DNA of 62,346 bases, counting the filler, from Globobulimina sp. (lineage: Eukaryota), in the NCBI GenBank assembly GCA_003354225.1. It is 16 parts of 16 records of this genome, joined end to end, with 100 filler letters (N's around TTAATTAATTAA, not from the genome) between each part and the next. Parts side by side here need not be neighbours in the genome. Positions count along the whole stretch, not along the records: positions 35,145 to 38,946 come from PIVH01002071.1; positions 39,047 to 42,847 come from PIVH01002072.1; positions 42,948 to 46,748 come from PIVH01002073.1; positions 46,849 to 50,649 come from PIVH01002074.1; 12 more parts are not named here. One strand, given 5' to 3'. Position numbers and translations under genes: made by a program. Positions 36,771-47,549 of the stretch are shown in pieces. The notes below the pieces were generated by a model that was not told the DNA's origin, ran no database searches, and was given only the letters and a program-made list of their open reading frames with translations. Positions within the stretch are counted from its first letter, which is position 1, and each line of letters begins with the position of its first letter.

Positions 36771-36826
36771 TTCAGTGTATGGAGTTCACTGAAGGTTTTC
36801 ATTTAATTTCCAAACTTTCCCTCAAC

Positions 36827-38623
36827 ATGGCGTACATTCAAAATAATCAATATAACAAAAACAAGCTCTACAAAAAACACACTCGGCAATATAGCACACC
36901 ACTGCCCAAACTAAAAAGTAAAAAAACGAAAAAACGGGATGGATATTCTAGATTTCCTAGCAATAACAATAAAAAGCATCAAAACCAACTATTAACACAA
37001 TCAGAATGCGCTTATAATTATAATGATAACATTACATATCCCCAGCAATTATACCAGCAATTTATATCGCAACACAAACGGAAACCGAGTTGTATTGAAC
37101 AGCAGGCCTGGTTTTATAAGAAAAGTCGTCATATTAAAGTGTGGCGACACAGATGGACAATGATTAAATACCACGAAACTACCAAACAATACATGTTATG
37201 TACATATAAAACAAAAGAAAAATTAGCGAATCCGACAGAAAGTATAATAATTGACGACCAGACGCAAATAAAATATTCAAAAAGCACAGAAAATAATAAT
37301 TATATAATTAAAATAATGAATATAGAATTTAAAACAGCAGATTGTAAATTAAGTTTAAATTGGATAAAGGCAATAAATTTAATAATTCATTTATGCGAAA
37401 TGCGGGAATTAAATGTAACCCAAATACCAAATTATATTTGCAACAACGAATTATATTTTATAATTTATGGCTATTTGCATAGAATCACAAAACTTAATTA
37501 TATACAGTTACAAGTAATAAATACAATATTTTATTTTAGTAAATATAGAGACAAATCGCAATCAACCATATCACCCAAATATTGTTTAATGCATCGAATA
37601 ATTGTCAACCAACAGGAAAATTATAAAGATAAACAACACATTGATTTAATTGAATTATTATCGGGGAACACAATGGATTTAAATGTATCATTTAATGCGA
37701 TACGCGATAACTGTGCTTATTATTACATTAAAAACAAGCCATTGCCACCTTATGCCTTAATGGCCGAAAAGGTCCGAACTAAAAACGATCGTTTTTATAA
37801 TCTGATTTTCAGAATTGGTGGCAATGATATTTCACACAATTCATGCACAACTAATGAATGCGAAATGATTGCCTTTAAGCCATCATTCAATGACTCCCAA
37901 TCAAAATATTATCATTTACCGGCAATTGGCGCAATTAATGGCATTACATCGACCTCGGTGATATTTAATGAAAGTAATAATTTGTTGTTTGTGATTGGTG
38001 GCATTATCGGCAAAACTTATAATCAACGAAAAATATCCAATAAAATATATGGTTTGGATTTATATAATGAGTATAATCATGGCCTGCATTGGAGGGATAT
38101 TAGCATGGATTTGCCATTGACAATGGAAAAATATGCAGCCTCTTGCATTTTTTTAACGGAGAATAAATTGTTAATTATGTGTGGTTTGTCCACTTTGTTA
38201 AATAATCAATCGCATTTATTGAAAAATAACACAGTGGAACTATATGCCATTGATGGGTTGACAGCGAATACAAAAAAGTCATTGTTATTGTCATCGACGC
38301 AAACAAATCATTTGTATGGTGGTTGTTGTAAAGGGGTCGGATATGATAACAGTAAAATATGCATTGGTTCTAATATTTTTGTCGAAATGTACGATTCAAA
38401 TAAAGATAATTGGCAATTCATTGGAAAACAAACACATTTTAATCATATTTATGCACAATTATGGTGTCATGAAAAGAATAAAAATGTTTTATTTATTGCT
38501 TCACCAAATAATAATGCCATCGAATGGTGTGATGTTCGGCAAAATAAATGGAATGTATGTGATAATAGAAATATTTTAAAGACGACAAGAAATTTATGTA
38601 GAAACAATGTATTATTTGTTTAA
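36827..38623 (+). CDS. PH-domain protein with C-terminal kelch-like propeller repeats
   Basis: PH signature WFYKKSRHIKVWRHRW...W..AIN. Kelch-like IFRIGG, LFVIGG and VEMYD....W. Confidence 0.7.
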   Translation: MAYIQNNQYNKNKLYKKHTRQYSTPLPKLKSKKTKKRDGYSRFPSNNNKKHQNQLLTQSECAYNYNDNITYPQQLYQQFISQHKRKPSCIEQQAWFYKKSRHIKVWRHRWTMIKYHETTKQYMLCTYKTKEKLANPTESIIIDDQTQIKYSKSTENNNYIIKIMNIEFKTADCKLSLNWIKAINLIIHLCEMRELNVTQIPNYICNNELYFIIYGYLHRITKLNYIQLQVINTIFYFSKYRDKSQSTISPKYCLMHRIIVNQQENYKDKQHIDLIELLSGNTMDLNVSFNAIRDNCAYYYIKNKPLPPYALMAEKVRTKNDRFYNLIFRIGGNDISHNSCTTNECEMIAFKPSFNDSQSKYYHLPAIGAINGITSTSVIFNESNNLLFVIGGIIGKTYNQRKISNKIYGLDLYNEYNHGLHWRDISMDLPLTMEKYAASCIFLTENKLLIMCGLSTLLNNQSHLLKNNTVELYAIDGLTANTKKSLLLSSTQTNHLYGGCCKGVGYDNSKICIGSNIFVEMYDSNKDNWQFIGKQTHFNHIYAQLWCHEKNKNVLFIASPNNNAIEWCDVRQNKWNVCDNRNILKTTRNLCRNNVLFV

Positions 38624-39046
38624 AACTTTGAATTAATTCTTTCGTGATATGTAAAATGCTTTTTTTGTAGTTATTTATTAAATATAAAAACCTTTATATA
38701 TAGCTTTAAAACATTTTTATGGACATTGTTAAAGGGCAAATTATTGGCGGTTTGTTTGTTGCAATAATTAATCAAACAATTGTTAAAGGATCAGGCTTAA
38801 GCATTGCTCAATGTGTATTGGGTAGATATATGGAGTACAATTTATTTGTGCAACTTTATGGTGGAATATTAAAAAACCAGAAAAACCATATTTATTTGAT
38901 TCACTAAACAATAATACAACAGCGGAAATTCACAATTGGTACGGTGNNNNNNNNNNNNNNNNNNNNNNNNNNNNNNNNNNNNNNNNNNNNTTAATTAATT
39001 AANNNNNNNNNNNNNNNNNNNNNNNNNNNNNNNNNNNNNNNNNNNN

Positions 39047-39165
39047 TATATCTGTATTGTGTTTGTGTATTTGCTGTTTCAGCCGGTTTTAAATGACGCA
39101 CTAAATGTTGAAGCCTATTCATATTCATCCAAACTTGATGTTTTCAGTAGCTTACTTCAAAAATG
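39047..39165. repeat. 119-bp exact direct repeat, left copy (contig start)
   Basis: Identical to 42729..42847 at the other end of the contig. Confidence 0.97.
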
Positions 39166-39399
39166 TCACATCAAGAAACAACTGAAATAACTAAAGAAGT
39201 ATTGCAGAAATTGCATGATGAACAGTTAATGAATGGTGATAATAATAATGCAGACAACACATGCGAACTATTACATATATTTGGGGGTATTGATGCCGTC
39301 ATATCGACATATCTCAAGTCAAATGATATAATATTATCTTCAACTGAGTTGCAACAAATACATAAAATATTAACCATTTATGTGGAAGCAAGGCAATAA
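39163..39399 (+). CDS. Probable N-terminal fragment of a host gene
   Basis: aaaaATG context and 78 codons. It diverges from the PHYH-like start inside the terminal repeat and ends abruptly. Confidence 0.4.
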   Translation: MSHQETTEITKEVLQKLHDEQLMNGDNNNADNTCELLHIFGGIDAVISTYLKSNDIILSSTELQQIHKILTIYVEARQ

Positions 39400-39621
39400 T
39401 TAAAAATGCCAATTGGGAGTCGGATTATGTTGTGCGTGAATTGGGGAGAAAAATCATAGAAAAATTCGATGGAATGAAAGAACTGAGAGAGGCATATGCG
39501 TCATATAAAAGAGGACCATGTCGTAAGAAGCAAAAATAACTTTTCTTGTGTTGTGAGTGGATATATTTATAGTTATTTAATATTTACACAATTTTAATCT
39601 AACTTTTAAACTTTACAGTCC

Positions 39622-42600
39622 ATGGCTTGTAAAAACTCATCTCCATGGTCAGACTATGAAGACTCTGAAGCGGAGCAAACTATGTCAAAGGAGAAACTAA
39701 ACGAATGGAATAAACATGCTCAAGAACTGGATGTTAAACATGCTCAAGAACTGATATCTTTGCGTGTTTGGATGTTAATCAATATGTTTCAAGCAAAAGC
39801 AATGACCGAAAACATGCAAATTGAAGAGAATCAACAAATCGAATCATTGCTAAACGGCTGGCGCAATGACCGAAAATATGCGGCAACAAATGGGAAATTG
39901 ATACGCGAGCTAAAATATGCAAATGGCCCGCTGTCACGAAGTGAAATCAAAAATTCATTCTATTCATTCGAGCAAAATAAGGCAATCTGCCACAACAATA
40001 TTTCAAATAAAGTCCTCCAACGCAACTATGATATTATTGAGGAGCCCATCAATTTGTTATACAATATGTTATTCCTCAATGGGCTACGTATGGAAGCCTC
40101 AAATTACGGCGAAGTCCACTTTAAACCAAAAGGGGGCAAAGATAAGCGATTAATGAAGAACCTACGCCCATTGCAAATCACATCGAACTTTATCAAACCG
40201 TTCGACAAACTTATAGCTCGACGTACGCTGCGCATTTCTATTAACTTAGGATATATTAAAGAAAGTGACTTTGGATTTGTTAAAGTATTTGGATGTATCG
40301 ATGCGATTACGATCATATTAGACATAATTGAACGAAATGCAAGTAAGGGATTGCATACTCACGGGGTATTACTCGATTTTGATTCCTGTTTCGATACATT
40401 TAATCACAAAAATGTATTATACGAACTGCAATTTCAATTTGGATTTAAAGGTAATATTTATAATTATTACCATGCGGCGCTGAATAACCGCTGGATTCGA
40501 GTGGTGGTCAATGGATATAAAACAGACTGGGCACAAGAAAAAATTGGTCTGGGACAAGGATGGTCTCCTTCCAGCGTACTGTGCCTGTTGGGAGAGAGTG
40601 ATATGGACATCATTAACTCCCTAGAATTAGGCCTGACGTTGGTAACATTTGCCGACGACAATGGACTGCTAAGTAATGGAGAAGTCACTGATAATAATAC
40701 ATTAACCGACAATTTTAACTATGCATTGAGGATAATTACATTTATTGTGCGCAAAAAGCAGCTCCTAATGTCTGTCCCGAAGCAGCAATACATTGTGTGG
40801 CTCCCACAAAAAAATGTGCCACCAAACTACCAACACTACGCCCACTATTTGAATATTTATATGCGGAAAGACGCAGATAACAAATTCGAATTAGTCACAC
40901 GCGAATTCTCAGTGGTGCGGTATTTGGGAGCGTGGCTTGACGTACATGTTACATTAGAAATATGGATGAAAAAAATCTATCACAAATCCAAGAACTCTGC
41001 ATTGAAAATTATGGCAACATTCGGGAATTCAATCAACATAAAAGCGAACTGGATCCAACATCTCTTTAAAGCATTGATATTACCAAAACTATACGGCATT
41101 GAGATTTGGGGACATTATAAAACAAGCATCAGATCAAAAATAAAATGTTTGTATAATGATATGATTCGATTCAGTAACGGGGACAGTGATAAATCATCGC
41201 CTCTGCACATCTTACAAATACAGATCAAATGGCATGGCTTCGACGATTACGTCGAATATCGCCAAGCCAACTTATGGTCCAAATTAATCCGGTCGCCGTA
41301 CACAAACTTATTTGCAAATCACATTGATAGCAATTATTGGTACGACTGGCTCAAAATACGCGACGGCGATCGCACGAACTATAACACCGTCAAACAAAGC
41401 AAAGATAAATGCGACACAAAAATCGAGAATATTTCGCTTAAAGATATCGATATTGTGGGCTCATTAAAACGTAGCAATCTCGACGCCATTTCATGGGACT
41501 ATGCGGACCCAAAAGACTACGATGAAACCTTCTCATTAAATATTTCAAGCAGTCAACAGAAACGTGGCAAATTATTCAATATGTCCAAAGGTGCAATTAA
41601 TTCATTATTCAACGCAGCAAAGAATCTACAATCGACAGACTATGTTTTTATGCAAGATATCGATTTCAGTGACATTCCTAAGTTCAATCCATCGTATTTT
41701 ATACCATTGGAGATACCATCCAATTTAGTCTCACATTTATTAGATTCAGACAACAAACTGATTGATTTCAATACAAATTGGTTGAAATCACTCTTAATTG
41801 ATTTACAAATCCATCCCAAAAGCCTACAATTGGGGTTTACCGATGGATCAAATAAAGACTTATATGGCGGTTCGGGCCTATTCTCGTGCTCAGCCCATTA
41901 TTATTTCTTCGATTTATCCTACGACAGCATCATAGCGAATAAATTTATTGATCCTGACATCAATTCCAATCATAACACCATAAGTAACTATTTCTATCAT
42001 GCAAGATCTGTGGGAATCCGCTCAAGCATCGATCACTGCGAAATCGATGGTGTTGATTTGTTGTTGGATGATTTGGAGTATTACATTAAAGAAATTGAGT
42101 CAAATGACCCATCAAAAATCCCCAGTGATGTTATGCTTATTATTGACAACCTGGGTGTCATCAAATGGATACTCGGATTAAATGATATCAAATCGACAAT
42201 TGTATACAATAAAATTAGCCAAATACACTGCCAAATAAATCGCCTAAAACTGTATAATATCAAAGCCCATATAGTTTGGAAGAATTCGCATACCGGCGAA
42301 CCCGGCAACGATTTGGCGGACTTATTAGCAAAACTAGCAATGATAAACCTATATCAAACTAAGGATTGGACCGAATATAAAATCAACCCATCGATAAATG
42401 AATGGCAGAACTACGACTATCAAGCCATTAAAAAGGAACACAAAAGAAATGCATGGCATAACACGCTGAACAAATTGAGAAATTCATATACAATCTCAAA
42501 AAAGAACAAACATCGCAAATCACTCTCCTCTCAATATGCAAAATGGAATATCACATACAACAGAATATTTAAGCAAGAACTAAAGCATTTGGAGTTTGTA

Positions 42601-42774
42601 AAATGGAAAAATATCTCAACGAATTTCTGCAGTTTGGTCACATCTTTTGCGAATTATAATATAGCCATTTTCTTCATAGAAATCACGTTGTTCTTTTGTG
42701 AATACTTTATCTGCGAAGCCGTCAACAGTATATCTGTATTGTGTTTGTGTATTTGCTGTTTCAGCCGGTTTTAA
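39622..42774 (+). mobile_element. Non-LTR retrotransposon-type ORF: reverse transcriptase plus RNase H, no endonuclease domain visible
   Basis: RT motifs PKGGKD...NLRPL, FGF, LLDFDSCFD, GLGQG, FADD and RYLG. RNase H motifs FTDGS, E, IIDN and WKNSHTGEPGNDLADLLAK. Intronless, 1050 codons. Confidence 0.9.
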
Positions 42775-42810
42775 ATGACGCACTAAATGTTGAAGCCTAT
42801 TCATATTCAT
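42616..42810 (-). CDS. PHYH: N-terminal fragment of a phytanoyl-CoA dioxygenase with a PTS2 signal
   Basis: RLQHLVRHL fits RLx5HL. It is followed by YRYTVD...FTKEQRDFYEENGYIIIRK, which resembles the PHYH N-terminus, then is truncated. Confidence 0.75.
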   Translation of the reverse strand: MNMNRLQHLVRHLKPAETANTQTQYRYTVDGFADKVFTKEQRDFYEENGYIIIRKRCDQTAEIR

Positions 42811-42847
42811 CCAAACTTGATGTTTTCAGTAGCTTACTTCAAAAATG
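42729..42847. repeat. 119-bp exact direct repeat, right copy (contig end)
   Basis: Identical to 39047..39165. Confidence 0.97.
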
Positions 42848-43505
42848 NNNNNNNNNNNNNNNNNNNNNNNNNNNNNNNNNNNNNNNNNNNNTTAATTAAT
42901 TAANNNNNNNNNNNNNNNNNNNNNNNNNNNNNNNNNNNNNNNNNNNNAGATTACAACATATTAAATATTAATTTATCATTACATAATACAATAAATCAAA
43001 CCAATAACCATATTATATTGTATACGATATTCTGAACCTGAAGGATGACCGTGGCAACCTTGACTTCATTAAATCTGCAGTGGATTGATTTTGATAAAAA
43101 GTGTTTGTACAGGTTCCTATGGGTCACAAAACAGCATAATGGCTTATTTATTCACAAAGCAAATAGAATAGAAACTTTTAAAAAATATGTTCATGTCTAA
43201 CTTTGTCAAAACGAAGAATTGAAGTGTTTCCTTTTAGATCCTATCTGATTGATACAATACACACACAATACAACAACGCAAAAGTTAAGCAAAATGACGA
43301 AAGAGTTAGTGTGCTCATACAGTCATACCTACTTAAAATACACGTTTCTGTGAATGTAAAATAATATTATTGAATTCCTAATGAATTCCTACACATTAAT
43401 ATATCTGCAATTTAAGGAAATGAACGACAATTTATGGAAACATACATATCGTGAAGTTATTTTACATTATTATTTTACATTAGTCTGCAATCTGCATATA
43501 TCTTA

Positions 43506-45146
43506 CTATATTTTTCCTTCTTTATTTTGTTTTTTTTTCCGTGGGTCTTTACAGTGCCAATCATGGGAAGGTTTACTCAATTTCTGTTTGGCATAATTAT
43601 TCTCATTCAAATATGGAAATAACTGTGCCTTCCCAATATATATACAACCATATCTAGAATTACTTGCATGCGCCGTTTCATCCACAATTGGCGGATTCCA
43701 ACTCAATAACTCATTGGCAATGATATTATACATTTTGCACTGACCAGATGACTTTCCTTGCGAATGTTTGCCTTTTCCAGTGATTATACGCAAATTATTC
43801 CCATTTTTTAATATTTCCTCCAACTTAAATCCAATCAAATATCTAACAATGAACTGCGCGTCGCACGGTTCATATACATGTACATCAATATAACCAAATC
43901 TTTTATTTTCAGGCAGATATCCGATTAAATTCCTACTTAACAACGATTCGAATACATTGATAATTTCCATTGGCGCATCATTATAATAACAAAATATTGC
44001 TGCACTTAATTGTATTTTGGCAGTCATTGGATCCAATTTTATTTCATATTTATTGACGCCAACGGTCAGACAATGCACAATCTCATTATAAAGCTTTTCC
44101 TTTTCGGCAAACGCAAATTTATTGTCCTTTCTGAATTTATTTTTAATCTCACCACACAATGCAATACATTTTAAATGCAACAATGTATTATTTGGTATGT
44201 TCTTTTTCGAAGCAGCCATCCATAGATGCAATATTTTTACACATTTTTTGAATTTCCTCGCGCTGTAAAACCCCGTCATTATGCTCCCCACCAAATATGG
44301 TTGTAATTCCAGTCCATATTTCATGCCAATATTTATGGCGTGTCGCATCGCCTTAATATCGCCCACTTTGCTAAAGACAGTAATGTACGCTCCAAAGATG
44401 CCGCAATTGCGATATAGGAGTTCATTGTTGTTATATCTAAGCATATATTGTGCCAATAAGTTATTTGCTTTCTCCACTTCGTGAGCTGAGCCATAGATGG
44501 CCATCATTGAGGTATACGTCGAAGGGTTGGCGGCCAACTTATATTTATCAGTCATGAGCTGCCATATTTCTTCAGCTTGTCTGTATTTACATGGCATTCG
44601 GAATGACTTTATCAATGAACTGAATGTTATTTCGTTTGGTGCGATGTTATATTGATCCACCATGATATTAAACATTGCAATACAACGATGTGGATACGCC
44701 GATACTGCCATACTATTGATATAAATTGTAAATTCTACGCAAGTGTCTATCTGCAAACCACTCCGAAGCAGCATATTCATGATTTTATGCACAGACTCAA
44801 AGTCTCGCAGTTTATTGCATTTCTGCATGGCTTTGCCATAAATGGAGGCATGGACAATCAGGCTTTGATTGCGTTCGATGATTGACACGATATCTTTCGC
44901 TTTTTTGCATGTGTCAATCACTATTTTAATATCCGTATTCACATTTGCTGGCACTGAAATTGGGAGTCGTGATCCGGATTTATGGTCAATTTCGTGCAGT
45001 TTTTCTCTCGCGCGATCCATTACGAGGTGTTGTTTAATTTGCTGTAATGTGTTTACGTGCGTTGTGTTGAATAACCAGTGTTGCTGAAATATACATTGTT
45101 GTCCGATAATCCAAGAACGATTCAAGCTTCTTCGTATAGAAAGCAT
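43506..45146 (-). CDS. PPR-SMR protein (pentatricopeptide repeats plus C-terminal Smr domain), probably mitochondrial
   Basis: PPR-like units (PNEITFSSLIKSF...AEEIWQLM; NPSTYTSMMAIYG...ANNLL). Smr motifs IDVH and LRIITGKGKHS. Likely start MLSIRRSLNRSW at 45146. Confidence 0.82.
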   Translation of the reverse strand: MLSIRRSLNRSWIIGQQCIFQQHWLFNTTHVNTLQQIKQHLVMDRAREKLHEIDHKSGSRLPISVPANVNTDIKIVIDTCKKAKDIVSIIERNQSLIVHASIYGKAMQKCNKLRDFESVHKIMNMLLRSGLQIDTCVEFTIYINSMAVSAYPHRCIAMFNIMVDQYNIAPNEITFSSLIKSFRMPCKYRQAEEIWQLMTDKYKLAANPSTYTSMMAIYGSAHEVEKANNLLAQYMLRYNNNELLYRNCGIFGAYITVFSKVGDIKAMRHAINIGMKYGLELQPYLVGSIMTGFYSARKFKKCVKILHLWMAASKKNIPNNTLLHLKCIALCGEIKNKFRKDNKFAFAEKEKLYNEIVHCLTVGVNKYEIKLDPMTAKIQLSAAIFCYYNDAPMEIINVFESLLSRNLIGYLPENKRFGYIDVHVYEPCDAQFIVRYLIGFKLEEILKNGNNLRIITGKGKHSQGKSSGQCKMYNIIANELLSWNPPIVDETAHASNSRYGCIYIGKAQLFPYLNENNYAKQKLSKPSHDWHCKDPRKKKQNKEGKI

Positions 45147-45337
45147 TTCGTACAAATATAAAGTAGGAAAATTCTGAAACTTTCTAGTATGTTTTTTGAG
45201 AATGGCGCAACGAATCGTGCAAACAATTGATAAGTTACTTGGAGAAATCTCTACAATCAATGTATGTAATTTTTTTTTCCGGCCACAAAAACAGGGGAAA
45301 AAAATAATAATTTCTTTTTCATAAAATGCAAGTAAAT

Positions 45338-46686
45338 ATGTCATCAAATAACAATAAAAAACGTAAAACACCTTTACATTGCGATGGCGACAAAATTAAC
45401 GATGAACCACCAAAAAAAAAATCTCGTATTGCTGACAACAAACAATTGCATCCAATCAAAGTAAATAAAATCTGTCATCAATTTTTATGTCTATGAAATT
45501 ACTATCTTCTAAACACATATTTTACGTTTTATCCAAACGGTTTCAATCATCCTTTCCTTCAATTCTTTTTTCTCAAGTATTTACATCCACTTTTCACTTA
45601 ATTTTGCATTTAGCCACGAAATAAATGCATAAAATATAGGAATGCGTGAAAACCATTGGAACGCATCATGGCACATTTCATTGCGATGAAGTATTGGCCT
45701 GTTTTATGCTCCGTAATCATACCAAAGAGTTTCGTAATGCCGACATAATTCGTAGCAGAGATCCAGACATATTATCCACCGCAGATATTGTGGTTGATGT
45801 TGGTGCCGAATTTGATTTGAATTCAAATAAATTCGATCATCATCAAAACACTTTTTGTGAGACATTTTCATCTGATTTTGATACAAAGTTATCGTCAGCT
45901 GGCTTAATTTATAAATATTTCGGAAAAGAGATTATCAGAGATATTATTATTAAGCATAGCGATGATATCCAAACCAATATGGATGCTGTGGATAAGAAAG
46001 AGGCGGAGCTTAATGATAATATTTTGAATGTAGTGTACAAGAAAGTGTATAAATCCTTTATTGAAGGGATTGATGGCATTGATAATGGAATACAGCAATA
46101 TCAATCTGCAAATGATACAGATGCAAATATAGAGAAAAGATATGCGATTAATACAGATTTAAGTTCGAGAGTAAGTGCATTTAATCCGTGGTGGAACCAA
46201 GAGTCAAATGATGACATTGTAATGAAGCAATTCGACAAAGCAGTGTTATATGTCGGTGATGAATTCATTAAACATATATTGTATGTTTATAAAGGATGGC
46301 TGCCTGCAAGGGATATTGTCGAAAATGTGATAAAAAATAGATTTTCAGTGGATAAAAGTGGCCAAATATTATTATTTGATGAGTTTTGTCCGTGGATTGA
46401 ACATTTGTATGAAATACATAAGGAAACACCTATTGATCCGATGCCAATTTACGTTTTATTTCAAGATCAAAAGAAAGGTTGGAGAGTAAGAGCAGTGCCA
46501 GTGGAGGTTGGCTCATTTGCCACAATTAAAGCATTGCCAAAGATATGGTGCGGCAAAAGAGGCGATCCACTAAATCAAATATGTGGCATACATGACTGTG
46601 TTTTTGTGCATACCACTGGATTTATTGGAGGCAATAAAACGTACCAAGGTGCACTGGAAATGGCAAGAAAGGCATTACATTTCTAA
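45338..46686 (+). CDS. MYG1: MYG1 exonuclease (DHH family); exon A 45338..45460 or exon B 45487..45576 spliced to 45640..46686
   Basis: IGTHHGTFHCDEVLA, DIVVDVG, FDHHQ, KLSSAGLIY, IDGIDNG, FVHTTGFIGG. Confidence 0.95.
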
Positions 46687-46851
46687 ATTGTTTAATTTTT
46701 GATATAGTGCTAAAGTGACAGTTTTTTGCCTCTTCTTTTTAAAATTTANNNNNNNNNNNNNNNNNNNNNNNNNNNNNNNNNNNNNNNNNNNNTTAATTAA
46801 TTAANNNNNNNNNNNNNNNNNNNNNNNNNNNNNNNNNNNNNNNNNNNNACT

Positions 46852-47493
46852 TCATTGTATTTCCCCTTTTATACCAAACCAAGATATAAAGTTTGCTCTC
46901 ATAAATGACTGAAACCATTGAGAACCTATTTCTTTTCCAATGGCAATAGCCAATCCAATGCAGAATGTCATAAAACATCCAATACCAATTCCACCCATTA
47001 ATATATGCCCACATTTTTCAGCACATCTCCTTGTTTCAGTTTTACTGCCTTGAACACATTTGCATGTTGCCAGAAATACTAATACTCGGCATACCATTGT
47101 CTCGAATAAACCGCCGACCGCATCAAGCAACCACGAAGTCGCATTTGTTGTTTTTTTGCCATTATTTATTATTAATATAGAGATTGCGGCCCAACAGGAA
47201 CCAAAAAAAAATAAACATATCAACACATACAATCGCTCTTTGTGTGAATAAGGATGCAATTTTGGAACACCACAACCGCAGCAACATCTCCACCATGAAA
47301 ATAATGGGTGTTCTGATATTAAAAAATAAAAAAAATCACTGAAACAATTGCCAGTCCAAGCAAGTTTATTGCTTGCTAAATCTTTGCGGAATGCAATTGT
47401 GGCATTGTCAAAACCTTGTTCGTTTCCATCTGGTTTGGCATTTGGGTCCACGCCTTTGCAACGAAGGATGGCTTGATACGTTTCTAGTTTCAT
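46852..47493 (-). CDS. Multi-pass membrane protein; 3' end uncertain at the contig edge
   Basis: EHPLFS...HPYSHKERL followed by about 3 TM helices. Confidence 0.6.
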   Translation of the reverse strand: MKLETYQAILRCKGVDPNAKPDGNEQGFDNATIAFRKDLASNKLAWTGNCFSDFFYFLISEHPLFSWWRCCCGCGVPKLHPYSHKERLYVLICLFFFGSCWAAISILIINNGKKTTNATSWLLDAVGGLFETMVCRVLVFLATCKCVQGSKTETRRCAEKCGHILMGGIGIGCFMTFCIGLAIAIGKEIGSQWFQSFMRANFISWFGIKGEIQ

Positions 47494-47549
47494 GTTAATT
47501 TAATTTATACAATTTTTAGCTAAAATCTTTAACGCTTAGACTCGAAGCA

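Noticed and set aside
36638-36826. N-terminal extension of the PH-kelch ORF
   Set aside because: It starts at GTG and overlaps the antisense bZIP exon. ATG 36827 is preferred.
39622-42774. Retron, DGR, group II intron or defence RT, or an LTR element with 119-bp LTRs
   Set aside because: The RT has non-LTR-type motifs plus RNase H. There is no protease, integrase, TG..CA ends or VR/TR pair. The repeat consists of host gene starts and equals a common assembler k-mer length.
45147-45371. 75-codon N-terminal extension of the PPR-SMR ORF
   Set aside because: It has a non-ATG start, overlaps MYG1 exon A and reads like AT-rich intergenic DNA. The ATG at 45146 gives a plausible presequence.
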